The translations under genes were made by a program, and so were the position numbers. 64,000 nt of DNA from Elsinoe ampelina (taxonomy: Eukaryota), in NCBI GenBank assembly GCA_010093995.1, contig ML992504.1:1164322-1228321 (forward strand). Direction: 5' to 3'. Shown here piece after piece: positions 51,175 through 63,645 of the stretch; position 1 is the first letter of the stretch; each line of letters opens with the position of its first letter. The notes below the pieces were generated by a model. That model did no database searches and was not told the DNA's origin. It saw only the letters and a list, made by a program, of their open reading frames with translations.

Positions 51175-51883
51175 TCATACAAGATTCGCCTCATAGGCCA
51201 TTCTCCTTTTGCATTCATCTGCGCTTTTAATCCTCCCCGATGCTGCTGTCACCTTTTCCGCCACATTCCGCCAGCTGCTCCTCTCTGTGAACAGCAGAAA
51301 GACTGCACGCATCAGGATCTCGTCGTCTCTTTCGGTCCAATCGTCTGAGCCTCGATATGGTGGCCAATTGAATTGATCTGCTGGATTAGAGACTCCAGTC
51401 ATCATCACTGATCTGTCGGAAGGCACATGATGAGCCTGCTGCTGACTTGACGGTGCTGACGGAGCTGGTAGGGTGGCTGTAAAGGAAGAGGTGTCGGTGT
51501 GCTCGGTGGCAGCGGAAGAGGATGCGGCGATGGATGCGACGGGAGTGGAGCAAGAGGCAGCGGAGTGGGTGTACCAAGCACTTGCGTCATGGTGGACGTC
51601 TGGGCTGAAGACAGGTTTGTCGTCATGTCCGGCCAGACGTCCAGAGTATGCATCAGCCTGGTACTCTACTCCACCGGCGTCTTCTCTGGATGTGGAAATG
51701 GAGAAGTGAAGAGAAAGATGAGAAGACGAATATCGCCAGTGTGCGAAAGAGACCTTCCGAAGTGGCACGAGTACGTGAGGGGGCGTAAGTGAAGTTGGCA
51801 TGTGATAGACCCAGTCGGGCCAAGGTGGTCGAAGTCCAAAAAATTCCACCATCTTGATAAAATTTACCTTGTGCATAACTCAT
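51175..51883 (-). CDS. Myb/SANT-like paralogue with degenerate N-terminus (tandem family, copy 3; possibly pseudogene)
   Basis: Shares SQQQAHHVP, WT..DDE.L.R, W..VA, C.RRM and terminal ANLV with copy 2. Confidence 0.55.
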
Positions 51884-52565
51884 ACCAGCCAGTGCAGCAC
51901 CTGTACTTCGAAAGCGCCTCTTGATACGCTAAACATTGGCGTCCCTGGCATGCTGGTTCACAAAAAGACCGGCCACCATAAGCCGCGCGGGCGGACAAAA
52001 AGTTCAGACATGGGCGTTCTTCCATGTCTTATGAAACTTGACCGGGGGCGAGCGACTTGGTCGAGAGTCGAACCGGAGTCGTCGTCGTAGTGTTTGGGGG
52101 AGGGGAAAGTGGAATTGGTCTGTTTCGGGGGATACGACCGCATACGCTCAGAGGACGGAATGTTTCGTCCGCGTGAGGAACACTGCTACCGCCGCACCGT
52201 ACCAAACACCCGAAGGTGCTGGCTTGGGGTGTCACTCGACACGAAATAATATATACCCTAACTATATTAGCGAATAGTCCACACTCTTACCTGATGCTTT
52301 CAAAACATCTGCATGCCATCCATATGTCACGCTCACAACATTTTGTCACAATTCGTGTATCCCTTTTTCGTCTTTCATGAATGCATTTCAAAGTTGTGTA
52401 TGGAAAACGCGATAGGAATTCCAAGACAAAGCTTGACGATGAAATAGAAAAGCGTTCATCCTTTGTTCTGTTGAACCCCCCCAAGCGCCTTGCCCGTACG
52501 GCAAACAAAATCAATCTATCATTTCACTTGACATGACCCAGATGGGTGACATCGTTGTACCAAAA

Positions 52566-52994
52566 TCACCGCATCGCTGAAGACGTTGCCCAGTAATCCC
52601 TCTTAGCAGCCATGGTGTCCAATAAACTCGACTTCCACTTCTTTGTCGTCGATGATGAATTCTTTGTTTGTGAAGGGCTGGCAGCTTGCGATGCCGCGGC
52701 CCAATTGCGTTGGGCAGCCATCTTGTCTAACATGGTCGAAGACTTGGTTGAGGAGCTTGTGGATGACGACGCGATGGAAGCAGGTCTGGTGGAGGCATTG
52801 TCGGGCTTCTGAGCCATGGGAGCGGTAGAGTAGTCGCGCTTGGATGCTGCTTTGTCCATTGAGAAGATAGATCGGATCTTGTTTAGGTTGTTCTTGGTTG
52901 ATGAGGAGGAGGAGGATTGCTTTGGGGCTTGAGGAATTGGTTGAAGTAGGATGTTTCGAGGAAGCACTGTGTTGATGATGTGAGGCGTTGACAT
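52566..52994 (-). CDS. Small Ser/Thr-rich hypothetical protein with three short repeats
   Basis: ATG ORF with a TATA-like element ~120 nt upstream; MDKAASKRDY / LDKMAAQRNW / LDTMAAKRDYW. Confidence 0.55.
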   Translation of the reverse strand: MSTPHIINTVLPRNILLQPIPQAPKQSSSSSSTKNNLNKIRSIFSMDKAASKRDYSTAPMAQKPDNASTRPASIASSSTSSSTKSSTMLDKMAAQRNWAAASQAASPSQTKNSSSTTKKWKSSLLDTMAAKRDYWATSSAMR

Positions 52995-53896
52995 GGACCT
53001 TGCTGGTGCAAAGCAGTTACGATTGGTTGACGAGGAGGTGTTGTAGATTGTTTGTTCTGAATGGTATTGATGGAAGGAAAAGACTGAGGCATTCAGGCAA
53101 TCAAGGGCATACTTATAGCCTTGCCATCACAAGAACAGGGCGTGACTCTACAATGGAAACACGGTGACTCAACAATGGCGATATAGTAAGCCCAGTGGAG
53201 CACATAGCCGCAACACGATCAATGATGGAGGGTGGAGGCCAAGGCAGCGGTCACAAGGACCAATGAGACGCGACAAACAAGATCCATGTCGTGGTAGCTT
53301 ATGCAAGTACGGAGTTCGGACGGGATGGATTGAGAAGCAAGCCATGTTTGTAGCAACACCGCCAGGCAGCTGCGCCCTGAGGACGGCAGGAAATGTCAAG
53401 TGAGAGGTGAGGGAGAAGGAGTTTACCGCATGAACGGTGTTAAGCTTTGTCATCGACAAACCGAGTCACCGCAACTCTTGGCCAATCAGAAGAGCAATTT
53501 CCAGGAGCCGAGGATTCCCTTCACCCTTTCAGACGCCTTGGACCCACCCGGATGGACATGCCGATGCAATACTGGCTTGTCTGTGGTGGCAGAGCACTCG
53601 ACACCGCACACGCATGGGCTGTGGGATGGTGGTTTTTGATATCAATTGGTTGAGCTACGGAGATGGTTGAACCCGAGATACTCGACCTGATGTGCAGCGC
53701 AGAGAGCACGAATGAAGAAACCGGCACGATGAGCAACTTTGCTTTGCGATTGCGGCTCCGACAGTCACGCCAGAAAGACGCTCTCGACAAGCACATTGGT
53801 ATGTTCTTCAAACACAGTATCGAATTCGAAAACGCTGCATTAAATCATAACCGCCCCTTCCCTCCGCCTGGTATCATCCCACTCCCCCTCCCAGTC

Positions 53897-54475
53897 CTAC
53901 AAACACCCCCAAATATGCTCCACATAAAAACCCCTCCCCACCCCATCACCCACATCCACAATCCTCACATCCCCCCTCGCCCTATTCCTCACCACCGCCC
54001 TCCCTCCCCCTTCCTCATCCCTCTCCACATCCACCCCCAGCCCCCTATAAACCCTCAACCTCAACACCGCCTCATCCTCCTCACCCTCATCCCCCCTCTT
54101 GCCCTCCGCATCTAACCCCTCCACCACCCTCCTCAACCCCCTCACCTCCCCTTCCCGCCTCTCACACTCCCCTCGAATCTCACTCACGCCCTTTGCGACG
54201 CGAAACTTCTCCGTGTCCAGCCGTAACACCTCCTGCGCGTGCCCTGACGCATCATGGTTCTCTAGCGCGTCCTGGTGGGTCTGTTCCGCCGAGCGTAGTT
54301 GGCGGGATAGGCTGGCGAGTTTTGACCTCTGGGTGTCGAGGCGGAGGGAGCGGGCGGAACGCAGGGTGGAGAGGGAGGTGCTGATGCGGGAGAGGGAGGA
54401 GAGGTCCGAGTGCGTGTGGAAATTGAGCGTGGTTTGGCGGATTAGGGTGACTGGGTCTTCGTCGAAGAGGACCAT
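53897..54475 (-). CDS. SPC24: Ndc80 complex kinetochore subunit Spc24
   Basis: MVLFDEDPVTLIRQTTLNF, LRLDTEKFRVAK, VLRLRVYRGLGVDVE. Confidence 0.88.
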   Translation of the reverse strand: MVLFDEDPVTLIRQTTLNFHTHSDLSSLSRISTSLSTLRSARSLRLDTQRSKLASLSRQLRSAEQTHQDALENHDASGHAQEVLRLDTEKFRVAKGVSEIRGECERREGEVRGLRRVVEGLDAEGKRGDEGEEDEAVLRLRVYRGLGVDVERDEEGGGRAVVRNRARGDVRIVDVGDGVGRGFYVEHIWGCL

Positions 54476-54799
54476 TGTTGGTGTGTTCTATTGGAGCTGA
54501 TATGGTTGTGAGGGGTCTGTTTTGCTTGAAATTCGAGATGTTTTCGAGGATTTCTGAGACGATTTCGCGAGATGAAATTGTTGATGTCGTCGTCGCTGTC
54601 GCTTCTCGTGAGAATTCGAAATGTGTTTGCACGAAGTGTTGGCGGGGCAACGACGGCTTTCTGAAAGTTGAGCATCGAACACCAGACCCTGATGACGTTG
54701 CGAACAGAGGCGCATGTGAGCTTCTGTGCACGTGGGGAAAGTTGCGATAGAGGTTCAAGATAATTTCTTGATCCGACTTGTCATTGCGATCCTGTCAAA

Positions 54800-55436
54800 A
54801 TGGGTGATCATCTACCATGTAAGCCTCCGCGCTACAGGTCCTGTGCTGTCGAATACTGACCATCAACAACAGATGCCGCAGACGCGGAAAGGTGAGCTCT
54901 GCTGCCTACGGATGGCGACGACAGTTGTGAAGAAGCGCAACTGACTGTTGGACTAGCCCTCTAAAGCCGGCCGAGCTACAAGTCCTGCGATCACAGTACG
55001 AGAAAGAGGGAGAATATGTCTCGTTGCAGACAAAGTTCAACTTTGCATGGGTCAGTCGGAAACACTTGGACGAAGAGAGAGAGGTGGGCTGATTAGATGG
55101 CAGGGTCTGATCAAGTCAAACAATCGTGGAGAGCAACAAGAAGGTGTGCGATTACTATCAGAGATCTTCCGCACGTCGCCGGACCGGAGACGAGAGTGCC
55201 TTTATTATCTGGCCTTGGGAAACTACAAGCTGGGCAATTACGCGGAAGCACGACGGTATAATGATCTGCTGCTGGATCTTGAAAGAGGGAATCTGCAGGC
55301 ACAGAGCTTGAGGAATCTGATTGATGACAAGGTGGCAAAGGAGGGCTTGCTGGGAGTGGCTATCGTCGGCGGTCTAGCAGTAGCGGCTGGTGTGGTTGGG
55401 AGCATGCTTTTCAAGGGGGCGCAAAGGCAAAGATGA
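54800..55436 (+). CDS. FIS1: Mitochondrial fission protein Fis1
   Basis: [59 protein letters not shown]-terminal TM segment; 3 introns. Confidence 0.95.
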
Positions 55437-55616
55437 TGATTCGGTAGACGTACACTGGCAGCGATAAAGGCGTTGAAACTGTACATGATCTTCCGGGCAG
55501 CTATGGCTGTCTGCTACGGATCATTGAATCCTCTTCTCCTGCGTTTTCATGTCCGCTTGCTCAGGTGACCCACAACGCCGCGCTATGATAACATAACCAA
55601 TACCAAGCCGTCCTCG

Positions 55617-56469
55617 CTATCGCAGATATTTGAGTACCAGATATATGAATACCACAAAGATGACCACCCCAGTCCAGAAGATCCATTTGTCCTGCTTCGC
55701 CCGCCGCTCAACCATCCTGATTGTGTCTCCGCTGATGCCTAATGTGTTTGCGACGCTGTACAGCTTTCTTTGTGTTCCCTTTAGCATTTCTCTTTGATCT
55801 CCCAAATCTCCCAGAACTGCTCTGCCTCGCTCGATGTACTCATCCAACGTCGCGTTCGTGTTGCTGAAGAAGCTCTGTTCCCGATATGCATGCTGCTCTC
55901 TGGCGTCTCCACCCTCCCCAGCATTGAGTGCATACGGACTCGAATAGCTGCTGTAGGGGTTCGCCTCGCTATGCTGGAAGTTCGGATTGTTCACCCTGAA
56001 CAGCTTATTCCCATCGCCTGCACTTCGCGCTGTGCTTGCGACGTTTGCGTCACTGTAAGGATTCTCCGGCGTGTGGTTCGCGGCATGTGGTCGCCGACCT
56101 AGTAATTCTGATCGTGCTGTGGCAGCTTTGGCTTCTTCGGCTTCATGCTTGAGTGTTGCGAACCGCGACTTGTAATCGAGAAGTTCCGTACGGTAGTTTG
56201 CTAGACGTTCCTCATCCCGAGTCTTCTTTTCCGGAACTAGTTCGTTCGTGATCTGCTTTGCATATGTGTCGAGTGTCCGAGAGAAGGAGGTCAGAGATGT
56301 GGTGATTTGGCCTTGTAGTGCCGGTGAGGGGGTCCCTGTTGTGACCGCAGACTGAAAGGCATCAAGGTCATTGCGGAGGGCCGTGGATTGGCGGAGAGCC
56401 TGATTGAAGATGGCACTCTGGAATAGATCAGAAAGATCGCGGATATAGACCACTCATATCACTCACCAT
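55617..56469 (-). CDS. BOS1: ER-Golgi Qb-SNARE Bos1
   Basis: LDEYIERGRAVLGDLGDQREMLKGTQRKLYSVANTLGISGDTIRMVERRAKQDKWIFW + TM; first coding exon is the ATG only. Confidence 0.93.
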
Positions 56470-57308
56470 ACTGCCCTGTCCAGCAACACGTCAGAGCCGT
56501 CGGATGCTGTTGACATTGGCTGCCGAGGATCGATGCCTCAACCTTCCAAGTCCGAAGTTCTGACGACAGGTGGCACCGAGCTCCACGCTTGGCGTCCACC
56601 AGGTCTCTGGTAGTTTCTCACCCTATTCATCTCCACTTATACATATTCAATAGTGATATACATACTCCCAAGTACCGTAATGGCATCTCAGCCGCATCTA
56701 CTTTCTCTAGGCATGACACAACATACTTTTGGCTGCCACGCGACATCGGCATTCAGATCTGGGTTGCATACTGAGTGTTCCGTACCAAGCTTACGGTATC
56801 AGACCCTTTCAACTTCCTTTCATTGATCTGCCTATCTTGGTCTCTTATCAAAACTCTACAATATATTACAGGGTCACCAAGTTAATTCGTCCCCGCCTCA
56901 ACACGTCGAAAGATTCAACTTTACTGTGGAATCCGTGCCGAAAGTCCCCTTTGTCAATTCAATGATCCAAGTGATGTGCAGGCTTGGAACCCATCACCTT
57001 CCACAATCGGCCAAGCTACCGTCCTCGGCTCTTGGACAACCATGCACGCAATTCCTGAATCGACCCAGATTCTGTCATAACCATGTGCGCCCCTCACGAA
57101 GATCTCCAGATCTCACCCTTCGACCACGGTCTCGCCAAGTGGGAACTTGCACTCTTCTGGCAGGTAAAGCTATTCATTTTGCTGTGTAGTTCATGACGTT
57201 CGTTGAGATACGAGGGGAGGTGTAGGTAAGTAGTTCTTGGTAGATCATTAAAACGACGAGTCTTTCACGTCTGATTATCGTCCTGTTCCATTTGCCAATC
57301 TCGCAAAC

Positions 57309-58812
57309 ATGAAGTCCTTCTCGTTGTTGACAGCCGCTGCCGCCATCACCACTGCGGTGGCTCAGGTCTCACTACCTGGGCCTGGTCCAGATACTTTCCC
57401 TGGGTTCGCGACCAACGACAGCTCGATTACCTCATGCGACTCGGCAGCATGGCCCGATGCTCCTGCTGGTGACATACTGGTTCCGCAGGCGCCGGACGAG
57501 GAGCTGCAGGAGATGCTGTCAGAGATCGACCCTGATAGAATCGAGGCTATCATCAGGAAGCTGGCATCGTTCGGCACCCGTCACACACTGTCTCAGCAAA
57601 ACAGCACAACCAGAGGTATCGGTGCCTCTCGCGACTGGCTACTCCGGGAGTTCCAGAAGCTCGCTGAGCCCTCGAATGGCCGCATGACTGTCGAGCTGCA
57701 GTCTTACATCCAGAACACTCAGCCTCCACGTATCCTCTTCCCCGTCAACATCTCCAACATTGTTGCTACCATGCGTGGTTCCGAGGCGCCAAGCCGATTC
57801 TACGTTGTGTCAGGTCACTACGACTCCCGCAACACCGACCCCAACGACTACATCGGGGACGCTCCTGGTGCCGATGATGATGCTTCCGGTGTTGCTGTCG
57901 CCATGGAGCTCGCCCGCATTGTCGCAAAACGTGACCCGAAAGCGACCATGGTCTTCACCGCTGTGGCTGGCGAGGAGCAGTCACTTTTCGGCTCCGGTTT
58001 CCAGGCCCAGACTTACCGTAACGCCTCTGTGGATGTCCAGGGTATGTACACGAACGATATCATCGGCGCCTCGAAGGGTGATCGTGGCCAATCGGACAAA
58101 TTCACCATCCGACTTTTTGCCCAAGGTCCACCCACCACGGAGACAACAGCAGTCCGGAACCAACGTCTGACGATTGGAGGAGAGAATGACTCCCCTGCTC
58201 GTGAGCTAGGCCGTTTCATTGCCGAGGTTGGGGCGAATGAGTACACAGAAATGAACGTTGGCGTCATATACCGCCTGGATCGATACCTCAGGGGTGGCGA
58301 CCACCGCTCCTATCTTGAAGCAGGTTATCCAGCTGTTAGATTCACGGAGCCTAACGAGGACTACAATCACCAACATCTTGCGTCTGACCCTGTCGTTGTT
58401 ATCAGATCATAGCTAATGCCTCACAGAAGATGTTAGGGTCGAAAATGGCGTCCAAATCGGAGATTTGCCCGAGTTCTGCGATTTTGAGTACATTGCACGC
58501 GTCGGCAAGGTCAACCTCGCAGCCATGTGGTCCCAGGCCAATGCCCCAGGTACCCCCACCGGCGTCGCTGTCAACGCCACCGCCCTTAGCAACGATAGTA
58601 TTTTGAAATGGAACCCAAGCAATGAGACAAGCTTGGCCAGCTACGAGGTCGTCTGGAGACCTACAAACAACCCGTTCTGGACCAACTCGGTTGACGTTGG
58701 CCGGGTTAGCGGTGTCACGCTGCCAATCAGCAAGGATAACACCATCTTCGGTGTTAGAGCTGTGGGAACCAACGGGTATAAGAGTCCTGCCAGCTTCCCG
58801 TTCCCAGGTTGA
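57309..58812 (+). CDS. Secreted M28 zinc metallopeptidase with C-terminal Fn3-like domain
   Basis: Signal peptide; SGHYDS, PGADDDASG, AGEEQ, NDIIG, GGDH, HQH; intron 58378-58426 with an atypical donor. Confidence 0.88.
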
Positions 58813-59885
58813 GAAATGGTTGTCGGTGAACAGAGAGCAGTTGAAGAACAGTCGAGATTAGCGAGGAGTTGAGGTGATGTTGTTGTAGTGATGTGATACT
58901 ACCCCTGACAGAAAAGGGGGCGAATGAGATGTATAAAAAGTACAAACACCATGATGTTACACAACCGGTCAAGAACATCCAACACAGAAGATGCATATGA
59001 TATAATCCACAGATGTCCGCTTCACAGTCGTATTCAGGAAATCAATGGTACACGGACAGTGCTGTAATCTGACCTGGGAGGCAATGTGCTTACATAAGCT
59101 TTCGGGCTCAGCACATTCTGGAAGTGCTTCTTCACGTTCTCATTGTCAAACATCCGCCATCCATTTCCAGACGTTGCTGATCCATATCAAGATAGATGTT
59201 GACTGCTTGATGAGGAAGTCCTTGTTATGAGAGACTTGTGTCGTTGAATTGTCCTGTCCATTCGCCACCTGACTCGGTGCGTGTTTAGCAGAACTGTCGA
59301 CCACGTCCGATCATTCGCCACAGGCGCAATGATATCGCATCAGCTTTTCTTCGGTAGTATCAGGACAATCTCATTAACATACTCATGGCTCCTAGGGGCG
59401 ACGCGAGTACTACTAAGGCCGTAATCATACGTGCAAGCACGACCCATGCACTATCAGGAGTGACACCAACACCGCCAATGACAGAATTGAAACTGGCAGA
59501 GCCAACGATTCTGGCAAATACTTGGATTTGACACGTTCCCTGGTAGTACCTGTGTTCGCGCTACATTGTGTTAAGTGGTCCAGGTTTCCTTGCCTTCTGC
59601 CTCAAGTTATAATGCCACTCACATCCGAGAGTATAGTGGAACATGCATTCACTGAGATCTGTCGTTCTCAGCGCCGCCGTGTGACCAGGTGGGGCGTCCC
59701 GACATTCACACCTCTTATGACATGTGAAACCAGGGCATCTATCCGATCAAACTCACACCCCAGCCACAATACCTGCACCGCCCCACGTAGTTGACTACAG
59801 GTGAAGCTTCAATTCCTCTTGTGAATTCCACAAAGTTCCTCTGACATTTTCACTTCACCTCCCAAACTTTACTATACCATCCAAC

Positions 59886-60660
59886 ATGGCCCCCAAAAGC
59901 CGTAGTCAGGTCTATCTGGACCTCTACAACCAAGCCGAAGACCTTCTTGAGTCTGACGGTGCGCGTTCCATGGAGTTGGCCAAAATGCTAATTGACAACT
60001 ATTCTTTGCCCCCGACCATCAAAATGCTCACACAGATCTTGATCGCATATGCCTCTGAGGATTGGGATGAGGGAGAGGTAAGTTGTCATCTCTTAGCCTT
60101 GGTTTGGACCAGTCATGGTTATACTAACTCCTTGCAGCACTACCGTCAGGAGGCAGAGGCGACCTTCCGCATGACCCGCAGCCTCTGGCCCGAAGGTGCG
60201 AAAGCCACGAGTGAGGTCACGGAACAGAACCTCAAGGTTGCACGATTCAGACTTGATCACCTCAGCAAGTGCCAGGCGGAGGACAGCGCTGCGTGGGCGA
60301 ACATGGATGAGGATGATGAGGCCGAGTACGAGCAGGGAGCCGCGATTGAAGAAGGCAGAGGTAAAGCTGCTGAGGACGAACAGAAGGTCAAGTCGAAGTG
60401 GTGGCCGAGGAGAAGAAGGCAAGGCTGATGCTGCTGTGGACGACGATGAGGCGAAGATCGAAGCAGCGACGGAGGAGGAAGAAGCTAAGCATGAGGAGGA
60501 GGCCGAGCGTGCACGCGCTTATGAGGAAGGCAGGCAGGAGTACCTTGCTGAGCTGGCGGAGGACGCTATGGACGAAGATCTACCAGACGATTTGGACCCC
60601 ACGACACCTTTCACCGCCCTCTCTCTCAGGCAGAAGGATAAGCAGAAGGATACCGACTAA
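59886..60660 (+). CDS. Acidic orphan hypothetical protein
   Basis: ATG, clear intron ~60078-60138; 3' part needs a second intron or a frameshift near 60360-60470. Confidence 0.5.
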
Positions 60661-60883
60661 GAGCCTGGTAGTAATACCTCACTCCATCCTACCAACAGCA
60701 CACCTTCTTATCGACCAGGACTATTCCATTCACAATTTTCTCGCCATGAAAATACTATAGACCCCTTGCGATAGCGAAATCTCATTGGAGAACAGCTTCA
60801 TACATTTCACCATTCTACTTCATGCTTGCCGTTCCTGATCATAATCTCATTATGTCCCGTGATACCATATCCATCCCCCTATT

Positions 60884-63645
60884 CTAGAAGAACAACAAAT
60901 CCTCATCCCTCCACCCCATAGCCAACAACTCCTTATGCGCCGCCTTCTCCATCTCCTCCGGCCCACAAATCAACACCATCGCCTCCCCCTCCCCAACCCC
61001 ATCGCTAAACACCTCCTCCCTCCCCGCATACTTCCCAAGCAACTCCCTCCCAATCCTCCCCCTCAACCCCTTCCACCCCTCCCCTCCCTTCGTAAGCGTA
61101 TGCACAACCTCCACCCTCCCCTCCCTCACAAACCCGTCCAACTCCTCCTTACACAAAACATCCTCCTCCAACCTATTCCCATCCAACACCGTAATCCCGG
61201 GCCCCTCCTCCTCCCTCGCCACCGCCCTCACGACCTGGAATATCGGCGTGACACCACTCCCCCCACACACGCCGATGAACTTCTTCACCGTCTTCTCCTT
61301 CCCATTGACACTCACCCGCCCGGAACCCAAGTACTCGAATTTCCCAATCGGGCCTTTGACTTCGATGAAGTGGCCCACGGGCAAACCCTCGAGAGCCATA
61401 CTCATCTTGCCCCCCTTGCGCCCCTGGCCGTCGAGGTAGACTTTGATCAAAATGTCGACTTTGCCCTTGTCGTCTTGCTCGCTGATCGGCGTGTACGAGC
61501 GGATGATGGTTTCGCGGGTCACGGGGTCGCGCAGGCGGAGCATGAGGTGTTGCCCCGTGGGCAGGCCGAGGTGTTGGTCCGGGCTGGACAGGGTGAGGGT
61601 GAAGATGCGCGTGTCCCAGCTCACGGTGCGTTTGGCGGAGAGGATGGCGCGTTTCCAGGTTTTGGGGGCGAGGAAGGTCGGGGAGGAGTCCGGGGCGTCT
61701 GGGGCCACGGTGTCGCCTTTGAGGGAGGCGAGGCCTTCGGCGGTGAGGGAGCCGATGTGGTAGGTTGGCATCATGGCTTTGGCGGTTTCGGAGTCTGGGA
61801 TGAGGGGTTAGTGGGGGAGGGAGAATGGGGAAGGGGGGGCGGGTACGGATGGCCATGAATTCGTCGGTCGAGTCGATGCCGGCGGAGGAGATGATGCTTT
61901 GGGCGCCGCCTGGGTGGCCTTCGAGGAAGGCGGTGCCGTCGTAGACTTCGCCGTTGAGGACGAACCAAGGGCTGGTGTCGGTGTCGTGTTTGCGGAGTTC
62001 GTCGATGGTGATGGTGTTGGAGATGGAGTCGGACGTCATTTTGACTTCTTTGGCGACCTCTTGGACAGGGGGTGGAGCATCGGACCCGCTGAGGGTTTCG
62101 CCCCAGTAGCCGTTGGTGAGGTCGCCGCCGGATTTCTTGACTCGTTCCATCCAACCGCCAGGCATGAGGGCGGGTTGTGTGGGGTGTTCGAAGCGAAGAT
62201 AATCGTTTTCGTGGCTGATCGTTACTCGGTACCAGGGGTTGTTCATCATTCCCAGGACGGACCAGTACCTGGACGTCATTAGCTTTTGTATCATTAGGCA
62301 GTAGGTGAACTGACATGTCTCGAGGTTGGACGTTCATCGCTTCGTCCATGCATCGAATGAAAATGTCCTTTGCCTCCTTCAACTCGGCCACCGGAATATC
62401 AATCTCCCAGAAGCACCAGCAGAAGCAACTTTCCCGCCATTCCATGTCCAATTTACCATCGAAAAGCATTCTGTCACCTGCTTCCCGATACCGGTCCTCG
62501 GCATAATCAATGTTGGCTAATCGCCATGTCTTCCCTTGATCGAGTGTTACCTCGCATCTTGTGATTCTTCTGCCGCCACCACCATATGCATAACCCCGCA
62601 CCTTGTAATTATCTTGCGCCCCTACCAAACACAGCTGTTCCTCGTGTGCTGGAAAGGCCGTTGCACTGTTTGGTCCAAGGTCGTAAATGGCATATCGTTC
62701 ATCCGTCCACCATTTCACATTGTTCGCCGACTCCTCAGGACTGACCATTGTTGGCAGCACCCTGTTATCGTAGATGTGATACCAGTTATCGCTTGGCTCT
62801 TTCGTCACGATGAGTCTCGTCAGCCACTTTACACTCCTGCCTCCGATCTGTCCCGGGATCACAGCCCGGAGAGGCTTTCCGTGATCTGGGGTGAGCATCT
62901 CTCCATTCATCTTGTAAGCCAGCATCATGCCTCGGTTCGGGTCCATGACCCAGTTCAGCTTGACTGAGGTGCCATAGTACCCATTCGGCAACTTGTCGGC
63001 ACCCTCCATGCAGACGTAGCGAGCACCACGTAGAGGCTTACACCGCTTGAGAACGTCGAGCATTTGCACACCAGTCCAGAGGGCGGTGGAGACGCCAGAC
63101 GGTCCCCACGAGAAACCTTTCGTCTTCCTTACCACGTTTTGCTCCTTTCGCCGGTTGCCAGCGCAGACCAATGTGATGGGGTAGGTCACTTGAGGATAGT
63201 CCTTGACCAGATCTTTGAATTTGATGGTAATGGGATTCTCGACCATGCCCTCTACCGTGAATGACCAGTCTGGGATCTCGTCGTCTCGGACCTGCGGAAC
63301 GTGGCCGTGATTCCGGACATAGAAAAGCTCGGGGGAAGTGAGGAAGCCCTCATTGAAGAGTTCTGTAAGTGGTGCTTCGACATTGAAAGGATGTACACCA
63401 GTCAGACGAATTAAGCGGGGATCTCTTGGTAGCCAGCCATCTGGGGTCTTTTTATCGATATCTATAACTTCTGTTGGTGGTTTCCGGGGTGCGGGCATGG
63501 GAAAATTTGAGGGTGAAGGCTTCTCGCCATCGCTGTGAATTGATTCTGGTGGTGTTGGAGGGAGGTCGGCTGAATTCCTTCGCAATTGCTGGGACTCTTC
63601 CCTCGTCATTTGTTGTGTATTGGTGGCTGTCGTTGTTGAAGCCAT
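60884..63645 (-). CDS. niaD: Assimilatory NAD(P)H nitrate reductase
   Basis: Moco domain (FYVRNHG, TLVCAGNRRKE, IPGQIGGRSVKWL), cytochrome b5 (FLEGHPGG), FAD/NAD reductase (RSYTP, GGKMS, GGSGVTP, ICGP); two introns. Confidence 0.97.

Noticed and set aside
56500..57300. Possible ncRNA/tRNA in the larger intergenic gaps (also 58900-59880)
   Set aside because: No cloverleaf, A/B boxes or rRNA-like sequence recognised by eye; a covariance-model scan would be needed.
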